A stretch of 64,000 nt of DNA from Oopsacas minuta (Eukaryota; Animalia; Porifera). Both the position numbers and the translations under genes were made by a program. The stretch covers positions 124,001 to 188,000 of the forward strand of contig JAKMXF010000329.1 in NCBI GenBank assembly GCA_024704765.1, given 5' to 3'. Shown piece after piece: positions 12,826 through 23,435 of this stretch. Position 1 is the first letter of the stretch; each line of letters opens with the position of its first letter. The notes under the pieces are model-generated. The model saw only the letters and a program-made list of their open reading frames with translations, was not told the DNA's origin and did not search any database.

Positions 12826-14159
12826 CAGTGGCGGATTCAGGAGTGGTGCTTCGGGACCACCCTAAATTTGAAAAATTAAACTTTTCTATTTGATCCATTA
12901 GCTTATACTGAACCCCCGAATAATTATCTCTCATGATGTCTCATCTCAACTATCTCTATGTCTAATCATACATGAAATATGTATTATACCGATTATGTAA
13001 GAATATTTTACATTTTCATGCTATACAGACCCTCGCAAATCTGAATCTAGTTTACCCGAACAGGTCCTAAAGTTAACAAACATTAGAGAATTTTCTCAGT
13101 GTTTCTTACAGGATTTTGATTTCGAGGGAAGCTCCCAATATGGGTGTTAACACTAAACATTCTATGAATAGTATTTATGACAGGCACACTATTGCACTTG
13201 GTCACATAAATACTTATTTCTATTTACAATTCAGTTTATATTGCACACTTTGGTGGGCTATTATAATTGAATGAGAGACATAATCTTGAATGGACCTCAG
13301 AAATGTTTTCCAGCAAGCGAGTGGATGCTGAATCTAGTGGATGTTTAGTGGAGAGGAGTCAGATAGTGAAGAAGATTTAGTCAAAACGACGTCTAGTGGT
13401 TAATTTTCCCCTACCATTTCCGAAGCATTATTAGGTGGATCGGTTTGCTCCAAAGCTCGTCAGAAGTAAGTCTATAAAGCTAGACTTAGTTACCTGAAGG
13501 AATGGGAGCAGATATATATATATATATCCTTGGGTATACAGCATTCATCCAAATCAGGGAATATTTTACACGCCATCCCAGAAGCAGGGAAATCCAACTG
13601 CCACGGCCAGGGGTGCGTAAACCTCGAGGGAGTTAAAGATTGGAATCATGCAAGTAAGCAACTCTAAGACAACAGCAAGTCAAAATGGCACAGAGACTCT
13701 ATATGATCCATGCCCAAATGGCAGAACAGAAAGATGCAAACGTCATATACGTTTGGGGAATTTCCTGGGACATGGAAACTATTGAACATCACGATTTCAC
13801 TTCTTGTAGGCACAGCATCTGTTGAGCAGTCCTTTAGTCAGATGAAACTGATCAAACCTCGTCTACGTTCCCGAATATCAGACTTGAACCTATATCAATT
13901 GATGAAATCGAAATAGAAGGACCTTCCTTAATAGACATTGATTTTGAAGAATTACTGTCCATTTTCAGGGAGAAAATAGACGTATTTTGCTTAAATTTAG
14001 TTACCTTTGTTGACTATGTAATACTTGTTGTTTTCATTTTGGTAGTAATATTTTTTTGGAGGGGAGAAATTTCTGGGGCAAATCTTCCAGAGCGTCCTAA
14101 GCTTTGTTCGCTTCGCTCGCTCTGTGCACCACCCTTTTAAAATTCCTGGCACTGCCACT
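12826..14159 (+). mobile_element. Non-autonomous hAT element with transposase remnants
   Basis: Left end CAGTGGCGGATTCAGG and right end CCTGGCACTGCCACT; CGACAA is present on both sides (partial TSD). The remnant GTASVEQSFSQMKLIKPRLRSRISD (13710-13916) is an hATC domain. Confidence 0.75.
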
Positions 14160-14771
14160 CGACAATATTAACTGGTCACGGTTGAAGTTATACGTTCGTA
14201 ATGAAAAGGAACACTAAAATTTTGCCACATCGATGTAACCAATTCCCGTCCCAAGAACAGGCTTTTAACATCTTTTTCCCGTCATAACATCACACATTTT
14301 TCATGGAGTATTCGGTTAATACCTAATACAGAGAAGAAAGATCTGCTATGTTTTCCAAACAATTTTAAAAGGAATCAGGCCCCTGTCTGATTTTACCTAA
14401 AAACAAGTAAATTGAAAGTATTCTCTTACATTTACTTAGAAATTTGCCAAAAATATATTTTCATTGTGTTAGAATGTTATATGCAATTTTTTGTTGATAA
14501 TTGGCTCTATCTCTAAAACTAGGAAGATTCATGTATTCAATTTTTAAAACCAGGAAAATACAGACTGATGTTTTTCCAGTATTTTACAATTTGAATATTC
14601 TCTGTATTGAATTTGAATTTTCTTCATCCAATTTTGCACCCTAGTAAGATTTTAATTCCAAAATCAAAAATTGCTATCAATTTTTGTTTCGAAATTTGTA
14701 TCGGGTGAATTTCATTGAAACATTTCGAATATTAGTCAACCAGGATATTTTCAAATATATTTGTTGGATAT

Positions 14772-16066
14772 GGACTGTTTTGTCATGAACAATTCGTTAT
14801 GGACATTTATGTATGGATAATTTGGTACGCAGACATTTTCTTACGTTGACATTTCAATATGGGACAGTTCGGTTTGTAGACATTTCGGTACGTTGACATT
14901 TCTGTTCAAAATTAATTTGGATTGTAAAAGAATCACACAAATTCATATCTAAAACCATTCGGGAATTACGCAACGCAATTGCACGATTTCTTTCTTCTTC
15001 ACACATTTCTTTTTCTTTTACACCTCTATTCATCACTAATGACAATCTAAGTTGACTAATTATTATTCACTAGGTTTATTAATGAATAATTCTTTTTTGA
15101 ATTAATACCCTTCTGGCCCCAATTTTAATGCATAGATAGGATTTGTATTAAGTCGAGTTGATAAATATGAATTCTCTATATTACAAACAGTTTCTCTAGT
15201 CCCCTAGTGGTTCAGAATTCGCGACACTAACATATATTATTCAATATCATTATGAATTGTATAAACCCATTAATTAATCAACTCTTCAAAAAGAATAATG
15301 TATAATTTGAGAAAGAATTATTCATGAATTATTCATTATTTTGAAGATATTTCAATGAATTAGTCAACACTAGATGACAATTAACAACATTAATCATTGG
15401 TGAAGTATAACAATTATACTATGATTTCAGATACATACCTGATTCAAGATCAGAGTATTTCGAAGGTGTTTGAGGAATTGCCAATTCCCGATGCACAAGG
15501 ATTGGTACTATATTTTGAACGCTTCTACATAGGACGTATACTCCCTGTTTGTACCCAACCAGAGCCCATCTTTCCAATAGAGATGTGGAGTCATCACCAC
15601 GAAGTTCCTCAGTGAATTCCCAGGACTACTAACTCAGTAGAGGCTTGGCATCACTCATAAAATGCTACCTTCGGATGTTATCATGTCAACATTTGGCGTT
15701 TCATCAATGCATTGAAGCGAGAGGCAATCCACGTATATACACCAAGGATAGTTTGTGAAAGTGTCCGGAGATCAGACTTTTAAGCGAACGGATTAAAAGT
15801 CTGGTCTCCGAAATTTCAGAGACTATCCTTGGAATATATACGTGGAGTGGCACATAGAATTGGCCTAAAGGAGACATAATTTTAGTGCTTACTCTCATCA
15901 TTACTTATCATTTTTGTTTCAATATTTCTCAATTAATCATTAATCTAGCAGTAACAGTAAAATTTATGAGTTTCTACTTTACGTCTTAATAACGTACCGA
16001 ATTGTCCACGTCCCGAATTATCCGTACCGTAATGTCGTACCGAATTGTCCACATACCGAACACTCC
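14772..16066 (+). mobile_element. Degenerate MULE derivative
   Basis: Inverted subterminal arrays of GGACA[A/T]TTCGGTACG-like units (14772-14900 and 15990-16066) flank the remnant YFERFYIGR...FPIEMW...PRTTNSVEAWH (15400-15720). No TSD was recognised. Confidence 0.7.
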
Positions 16067-16450
16067 TTGTCCAATATTTGCTATAAGTAGGATTTACATT
16101 TTATTATCATTTGGGAAGTAATTTTCCACAACACTGAGGGTCAAACTTTCTCACTTTATAAAGAGCTCGGCATGGTCGAGCCTATCTCAAAACCATGGCA
16201 AGGCCACAGGGTGCAGCCATCAAATGACCAAAATGACTGCTTCATGACCAAGGAATATTCGATATTACTCTATTATACCCGATCACGGCAGAAGTTTTCC
16301 TTTCGTAATAAAAAGGAACACTAAAAATTTCTACTTCGCTTTAACTATTCTCGCATAAAACACGAGATTTTGGCACCTTTTTGACATCATATTCGCAAAT
16401 TTTCCTTGCAATATTCAGTAACAAGTACACTTTGGCCGAATTCATATTTA

Positions 16451-17158
16451 CACAGTTGGCAAAATGGTGATTGTGCTGTAATAGGTACTTACACTGAGAT
16501 ATATGTTGAGATGGTGTTACATACAGTAAATCGACTCTGTAGATTTAAAAAATGGTACCAGAATTTTAGTTACACTTCTAGAAATGGGACTATGACGTAA
16601 TCTGTGGCATTTTGATTTAATTAATAATTATGGTTCAAGAGTAATTGAGTTCTAAATTTTTGAGTAATTTATATCAATCAGCCCTATATATTGATAAACT
16701 TGAATAACAATGCGTTATACTGAATTCAATTCTGCATTGGATACTTCATACAATGATACTAATAATTTAGAAATACAGTAATTATAAATTGTTATAACGG
16801 GATTCAAATTTTTCTAAATACAAATTTCATGCTAATCGGAGAGTCCCACACACTCGATGCCAAACAAGTACAAGTGGGCACCTTTGGGCGGGTTTAGAAA
16901 TTTTTGAGAATGAAATATCGAAAGATATACTATGCGAAATTGTCGACTATTCAATTCACAATTATTTGTATTGTAAGATCGGGGACTTAAAATGTACTTC
17001 AAAGAGCTAAAACTTTGATTAGATTTGTTATATGTTCATTAAGTAACTAATAATAGCATATTTCTAGGTTTGAAATAGTGTAGAATTGAATGCACATATT
17101 CATTTTGGTGAATAGCGAAGTCAGATTTTCACCTATTACAGCATAATTCCGCACTGTG
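16451..17158 (-). mobile_element. Transib-derived MITE (708 bp)
   Basis: Ends CACAGT-TGGCAAAATGG... and ...GCACTGTG, with a shared inner motif TGCTGTAATAGGT. The interior near 16520-16600 resembles the 3' region of the intact element. Flanks are ATTTA/GTTTA once the adjacent insertion is removed. Confidence 0.8.
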
Positions 17159-17159
17159 G

Positions 17160-20100
17160 CACAGTGTGGCAATATGGGGAAATAGGCATATTTTAAAAAA
17201 CATATTTCAATGCATTTTTCGAATTCTCCATAGTTCAATTAGTACGAAAATATCATTGGCAGCATTAGAAGCAGTTAGGAATCCTAACTACGCACAACTT
17301 TGTTATGTGTTTCTAATAATAGAAATATATATTTTCAAACCTCAAATTCCTATGCCCTAATGTATGTAATCATATTTGATGTAAATATTAAATATAAGAG
17401 TGAAAAACATCTTCTGATAATAAATCTATATTATAACAACAATTTAATCATTGATAGGTTAGTCTAGATATTCATTTGTACTTTTTTCCGGGTGTCTAGT
17501 TTGGCCCTCCCAAAGTTATAATTTGGAATTTTTTCTCATTGATTGAAGTGTAGCATCTCTTGTTTGACAAAATTTGACAAAACGTTATTAATATATAAGT
17601 AATGTTACTATATTTAGTCAACTATTTAATCACTTTCCAGGCTTGCCAAAAGCTGCCCAAAAATTTATCACGTCATTCATTGTCCGGACCGGACAAAAAT
17701 CCGAAAATATATTTTTCATACGTTTTAAATTTTTTCAGTAAAATTCTATATTTTGCTGGTTATTAGTTATTCCAATACTCTACAATCATATATCATAATG
17801 TTTCTATGTTAAAGTAGCCCTTTTGCGGATCATGTCTGTACTAATCACCAACAATGAGGCATATAGTTTGTATATTTCGAATGGAAGAAGTGTTACAGTC
17901 TCTGTTAGGAAACTTATTGAGAACAACCATTTATCCGAAGAAGAAACTGCTACTCTTCATTTAAAATTTAAATCACTTCTAACATCCAGAGAGGCTTACC
18001 GCAGGAAGGATCTTGAAACATGGGATAATATGATTTTCCACTCTACTCATCTAACAATATCCAATCCAAGAAAGAGAATATCGCTTGATCCTGAATTTTC
18101 TTTAGTCACTGATTCTGAAAATCGAAACTTTTCAGAACAGATTGTAACTGAATCCCGGAAGCATATTCTCGAATGTCACATGAAGACTTCCAGATCGAGA
18201 CTTGGTGTTCTTTTAGAGCATGTGGACTTTTTAGCAGAGAGAGAAAAGATTGAGCCTAAACAACTACTCGCTCTAGCTTTAGAATTAGTCTCAAATAAAT
18301 CCTATGACCGTGATACTTCAGACATGTGCAGAGAAATAATTGATAAGGGATCTTTTAGCGGTGTATTGAACAAAGTACAAATCTCTAAATGTGCTTATAT
18401 ATTGGACAGATTAGAAATTGGGGCGAGTAAATACACGAATCTGAAAAGAATTCTCAAAGGTGATGTTAAGCTTCCTTCCTATAAACTTGTCTCGCAATAT
18501 CGTAGGGAAATAAGCCTAATAAATGAAATGGAAATAGTCAGAGACCCCGAAGCATTGTCAATTGGGACTTGCGTCTCTTATCTTTCCATCCTTAGTCTGA
18601 CCATTCAACGCTTGCTTTCAACATTAGACCCAGTTCCTGATTCACACTACCCACTCAAAATTAAGATATCTGATGGATTGGATGGCTCCGGTTGTCATCA
18701 AACCTATAACCAACAAAGCAACAATTCTGCATTAAGCACAAAAACTTTCATTTTGTTCGGATTCAAAGTAATATCAATTACAGACACACTTGGAAATGAC
18801 GTGTTCTATAACAGCTCACCCAACTCTCCGTTCTGCTTTAGGCCAGTAGCACTGATAGCTCTGAAAGAAGATTATTCTAGTGTAAAGCTTATCATGAATA
18901 CAATAGTCAATCCTCAAACAGACCATATCATACAGGATGGGTTATCTCTTATTGGAGGCCATGCACAGGTCGAGATAGTCCGTTCCCTTTTTGATACCAA
19001 GATGGCAGGATTGCTGGATGGAGCTGGTGGGGCTTCTTGTCATCTGTGTACTGCAACGGATAGCCAAATTAAAAGTTTAGAATGGGCCCATTCTGGTTTC
19101 CCTATTAACAGACTAATTAGCGACGCTCGGCAACTTTTTGAAGAGGTTGATGAAGAAGATTACTTGAAACTCCCATCAAATCAACGTGTTGGTATTACGC
19201 ATCAACCAACTTCTAACATCGATATTATAGCTGCATCTCCTTTGCATGCTTACCTTTGTGTATTCAGGTGGTTCATGCTGTTGATATACCATCTTGATGC
19301 AGGACACAAGGTATGGGCGCCATCAAACTCGAAAGTAAATTTTTCCATGAAACGGGTTCGAGCTATACTCCAGGAAAGATGTAATTTCAGTGTCGATATC
19401 CCTTCAAGCCAGGGCGGCACTTCAACCACTGGTAACATTGCGCGAGACTGCTTTTTAAATAAGAGAGACTTTTTGACGTGGGCCACTTCTTCCATTAATC
19501 CTTCAGATAAAATATCATTAGAGAAGATCCAGACAAATCTATCTGTTTTGTTAAGACTCCTCAACAGTGGTGACTTGATTAACTGTGACAAAATGCAAGA
19601 ATTGTGCAAAGAAACGTACGAATTTATTCTAATTGAGTACCCATGGGCAAGCATCACTCCATCTTTGCACAAGTTACTTGCCCATTCGTTTCAGTTAATA
19701 GGTGCTTATAATAATGGTAAGGGATTACAGAATCTCTCTGAGGAATGTTTAGAATCCTGCAATAAATTTGTAAGGCGGTATCGGGAGAATCTTGCAAGAA
19801 AAAGTTCTTTCACTGATAATGTTAGAGATATTTTAGTCAGGTTGTTATGTTGTAGTGACCCCATCTTAGTACAGAATCGTTTGATGCACGCAAAGAAGAA
19901 AAGAGACGTTGCAAATAGCCTCCAAGAGATATTATATAATAGTATACTATCAGATGATTTATGATAATTAGTATATCCAATAGTCATACATAATTAAGGG
20001 TCTTTAAATTGTACGTTATCAAATAGCAGAATAGAGACCATGACATGCATGTATTATCAACTTTCATAATATCCTCACTAATGAACCACAAGTGTTAAAA

Positions 20101-20270
20101 ATTAGAAAATGTCAGTAATTACGTCATAACTAGGTTTATAGTCGTGCTACTAAATAATCATTGGTATTTTTGAAATCTACAGTGTCGATTTAGTATATGT
20201 AAGTATAATTGTTGCGATAATACAGATTCATTTACCTATTTCCCCATTATGGCCATTTTGCCACACTGTG
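17160..20270 (+). mobile_element. Intact Transib (RAG1-core-like) transposon, copy 1
   Basis: Termini CACAGTG...CACTGTG, perfect 5-bp TSD TGTGG (17155-17159 and 20271-20275), a single long ORF, length 3111 bp. Confidence 0.96.
17832..19964 (+). CDS. Transib transposase (710 aa from the first ATG), homologous to the RAG1 core
   Basis: Catalytic triad contexts are SDGLDG, SLFDTK and SEECLESCNK (RAG1 D600/D708/E962 equivalents). Zn ligands are CHLC and LHKLLAH. Transib motifs SPLHA, GGTSTTGNIAR and RLLCCSDP are present. Confidence 0.95.
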   Translation: MSVLITNNEAYSLYISNGRSVTVSVRKLIENNHLSEEETATLHLKFKSLLTSREAYRRKDLETWDNMIFHSTHLTISNPRKRISLDPEFSLVTDSENRNFSEQIVTESRKHILECHMKTSRSRLGVLLEHVDFLAEREKIEPKQLLALALELVSNKSYDRDTSDMCREIIDKGSFSGVLNKVQISKCAYILDRLEIGASKYTNLKRILKGDVKLPSYKLVSQYRREISLINEMEIVRDPEALSIGTCVSYLSILSLTIQRLLSTLDPVPDSHYPLKIKISDGLDGSGCHQTYNQQSNNSALSTKTFILFGFKVISITDTLGNDVFYNSSPNSPFCFRPVALIALKEDYSSVKLIMNTIVNPQTDHIIQDGLSLIGGHAQVEIVRSLFDTKMAGLLDGAGGASCHLCTATDSQIKSLEWAHSGFPINRLISDARQLFEEVDEEDYLKLPSNQRVGITHQPTSNIDIIAASPLHAYLCVFRWFMLLIYHLDAGHKVWAPSNSKVNFSMKRVRAILQERCNFSVDIPSSQGGTSTTGNIARDCFLNKRDFLTWATSSINPSDKISLEKIQTNLSVLLRLLNSGDLINCDKMQELCKETYEFILIEYPWASITPSLHKLLAHSFQLIGAYNNGKGLQNLSEECLESCNKFVRRYRENLARKSSFTDNVRDILVRLLCCSDPILVQNRLMHAKKKRDVANSLQEILYNSILSDDL

Positions 20271-20465
20271 TGTGGTTTAGCATTTCTACACATAACAATT
20301 TCTTCAAGCTATTTCCTAGTCGAAACATCTTACAGTGGCTCTACACAACAACAGGCTATGGATCTATTTTTTCATGTTTCCAAATTAACTCATATTACAA
20401 TAAGTTTCAGCATGCAACAAATCTAAAAAGCTGAATTTTGACCTAGTTTTTCTTTTAGAAATAAT

Positions 20466-21386
20466 TTGTTTATATTTATGGATTACCATTTGCAGATGAA
20501 TGGTTTGTTTGATTACTACAAGATTTTGTATTTCGTGAAAATTGCTCTTTCTTTTTCTTTACTACGAAGGTTTTGTCACGATGATTTAGAAAAATGTATC
20601 TCACGATACACAACAACATGTTTTGAAAATTATCGGGATTTCCTGACCTTTGTACCATCTTCTAGATTCCATTTGGCGATCGGTTTTGGCCATATCTATG
20701 TACCTGAGTTATCTAATGATCAGATTAAGTTCATACGCCTTATGCGTTCATTTGACCATTTCAATTCTCTTTTCAACTCACACCTTTCTTCTAGTATGTG
20801 TCATAGTGTTAGAAATTCCTCTTTGGGAAATTCCAGTGATGAACTTCATTTACTTACTAGGATTATTTCTAATATTTGTCAGATTGACATTATGATGTTG
20901 TCAAGTAAAGAGATGATCTTATTGGGTAATTCTCTCGAACGTGTATTTTGTAATGTGAATACAATGTCTGTCCCACAGAGAAAAATTTTCCAAGAAATTA
21001 TTGTTCGTAGTATTTTCGTGGTCAACTTTCCTACCCTTTCCCGGTCCAATTTCACGATCTTCAAAATTTTTTTTAGCCTTTCAAGGATTAGTCATATTTC
21101 AGCTATATTTTTCTTTGTATATTCTAAGACTCTATTGAATAAAATATTGACTAGTCTCGTTGAATTGTCCTGTAATACAGACTGCCTCTATCATTTGTTT
21201 ATTATATCAGAGGTTTTTGATCTAAATGAAAACTGTGGTCTCTTAATAGATAAAGATATTAATCTATTTCATGAGCATTTATCATGTGATCATATTTATT
21301 TTACCAATTCTGTCTATTCTAAATTTAGTGTAAATTTTCCTTTATTATCTCTAAAATTTGCTTATCTGGCAAACACTTTTACATGA
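20466..21386 (+). CDS. Uncharacterised 306-codon ORF (possible host exon)
   Basis: Long stop-free frame in AT-rich DNA, rich in Leu/Ile/Phe/Ser. No motif was recognised and there is no ATG-context support. Confidence 0.35.
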   Translation: MFIFMDYHLQMNGLFDYYKILYFVKIALSFSLLRRFCHDDLEKCISRYTTTCFENYRDFLTFVPSSRFHLAIGFGHIYVPELSNDQIKFIRLMRSFDHFNSLFNSHLSSSMCHSVRNSSLGNSSDELHLLTRIISNICQIDIMMLSSKEMILLGNSLERVFCNVNTMSVPQRKIFQEIIVRSIFVVNFPTLSRSNFTIFKIFFSLSRISHISAIFFFVYSKTLLNKILTSLVELSCNTDCLYHLFIISEVFDLNENCGLLIDKDINLFHEHLSCDHIYFTNSVYSKFSVNFPLLSLKFAYLANTFT

Positions 21387-22153
21387 ACCTAAACAGTTGC
21401 AAAAATTCTCTTTCGCAGATAAATTGTACAATTTATGGAATTTCTATCAACTTACTCACAGCTATCCCAGCATTTAAGAACCGTTTTCAGGTGGTGGTTC
21501 ATATAATAGATACCCAGTTACCCACTACACATATATTTAGTCTATTTAATTTATTTACTTAGAGTTATAGACATAGAAGTCCATGTCCTAATATACAAAA
21601 TAATTGTATTGTATTGTTCTTCAAGATACGAGCCTTTGGCTCGTTGCTTTGCGATGAACTCAGCGCATTGTGCCTCGAGGTCTTCAAATGGCAAACGACA
21701 ATTGCGATTTAATAATATTGATGTTGTTTATAATATTCAGACTCAGCATACCCGATTATCCCAATATGGCCGTTGAAGGTATGATTCTACCTCAATTTTG
21801 AAATTTTGTTTACTTTATTTCATAAAAATAACACAAAATTTGCATATGATTAATCTAAAAGCGTGAAAATCGGATTCAGTATGTTCGATATATATAGTGA
21901 AGTTTATTGAATTATATTTAAATACGATAAATACATAGTTATGTGACAATTTCAATATTGCATACCATAAATCCTTTCCTTGACAACGGTCAAACAAATA
22001 ATCATTGAGATTTAATAATTTAGATTCCATAGAATAGGATATATTTTGAGTATCCCACTTTATCAATATCCATCTCCTGCTTTTTGGGTAAAATTCCCAA
22101 ATGCTAGAACGTTACGTATGTATCTATGTTCAAATTGTTGAAATAGCCAATTA

Positions 22154-22781
22154 CACTGTACGACAAATTTTTATTTTGGATAAAGACGAGAATTTGATTA
22201 GGTCCCTATAGTCAATTAGGATCTCCTGATTCCCGAATATGAATTCAGTTTTGCTTAATCTCGCACCAATTCATTAGAATTCAACTCATAAATTGAGAAA
22301 ATGGCATATATTTCCGAAGAATTTCTACTTAAATATGAACTAGTCGTGTAAAACTTGTAAGCAATTTTAATTTCGCGGTTATATTGAATTCATTTATTAC
22401 AAGAAATAGCTCTGTATTGGCTAAACCATTTATTTATATGCTATTTTCCGATATTTTGTGATTTTATCTCGTTTTTGTACGTGTCATTCAAATTTCGTTA
22501 GTAAAATGACCAATTTTTTACTATACTAGCTCTTTCTGGTTTATATTTGCTCTAAATACGATGTAGTTTAATAATCCTCACAGGTTTCACATGACTAGAT
22601 GATATTTCGAATAATAATTTTGCAAATGGTAGTAATTTCCCAATTTTACATGTTGAATTCTATAAAATTGTTGCGTGATCAAGCAAAAATGTATTCATAT
22701 TCGGAATCTGGAGATCCTAATTGACTATAGAGACGAAATCAGATTCACGTTTTTTTCCAAAATGAAAATGGTTGTGCAGTG
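22154..22781. mobile_element. MITE with CACTG termini and ~130-bp TIRs (CMC/EnSpm-like)
   Basis: CACTGTAC...GTGCAGTG with a long imperfect inverted repeat that includes CTATAGTCAATTAGGATCTCC. TTA is duplicated on both sides (22151-22153 and 22782-22784). Confidence 0.75.
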
Positions 22782-22929
22782 TTATCTATAACCGTTTCTG
22801 AGTTATCGCACAGACCATGGATTTCACATATTTTGTTAATATCTAATTGTAAAATGTTTCAGGGATTTATTCACGATAATCTTAACTAACACAGTTCTAT
22901 AGTTCTTTCAGGTATATCATCGTATTCAG

Positions 22930-23435
22930 AAATGGGCCGCATAGCCGGGATATGTAATTGTACACTTAGTTGTATTGAAATACTTATGTTCGGTTAGTGT
23001 ATTTCCAGATTGATCGAAGAAACTGGAGGACCCACATGGCTGACTTTTGGCATACAGAGGTACTTTTGGCCTGGCTTGGATAGTTTCGAGTTTTGGACGA
23101 AAATTCACACCTATAATGAAATCATGACGTCATTGTCACATTTTTAATTTTTAACCACTGCTCAGCCAATATTCATGATAGAAGTGTACAGATTACTAAC
23201 CTAATGCCACGTATGAGCTGCAGTATTACCACAGAAGTCCATTTAATGGAATTTGGATGTACCCGGTATAATACAAAATTAACATATTCACAAAAAATTA
23301 ACCTCGAGGCATTTAGTGCTGAGTATTTTCGTCGGGCAGCCACCAAAAGCATCAAGAAATTTAGCTGTTTAATACTTGAGCTAACCTGAGACCCTAAACT
23401 TTCGTGCAGCGACCTAGCAAGTGAAGAGCGCTAGT
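22930..23435. repeat. Dispersed repeat modules (see 10850-11642)
   Basis: 22930-23190 is the reverse complement of the middle module. 23330-23435 is the GACCTAGCAAG...GCGCTAG end module. Confidence 0.6.

Noticed and set aside
14772-14900. Short tandem units (also 5930-5990, 15990-16066 and 58600-59130) as CRISPR-like arrays
   Set aside because: The units are 10-15 bp, degenerate and lack unique spacers. They fit subterminal repeats of eukaryotic transposons.
17152-17166. True V(D)J-type signal joint
   Set aside because: It has one extra base, and the junction is fully explained by the TGTGG target-site duplication.
19250-19672. Conserved antisense 140-aa ORF (also 45738-46160)
   Set aside because: It is a shadow frame of the transposase, shared only because the two copies are about 97% identical at the protein level.
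17160-20270. ProtoRAG (RAG1L plus RAG2L) or a domesticated RAG1 gene
   Set aside because: Only about 300 bp lies between the stop codon and the 3' TIR, and no kelch-repeat ORF is seen anywhere. Core motifs (SPLHA, GGTSTTGN, SEE) are Transib-type, and TIRs and TSDs show a mobile element.
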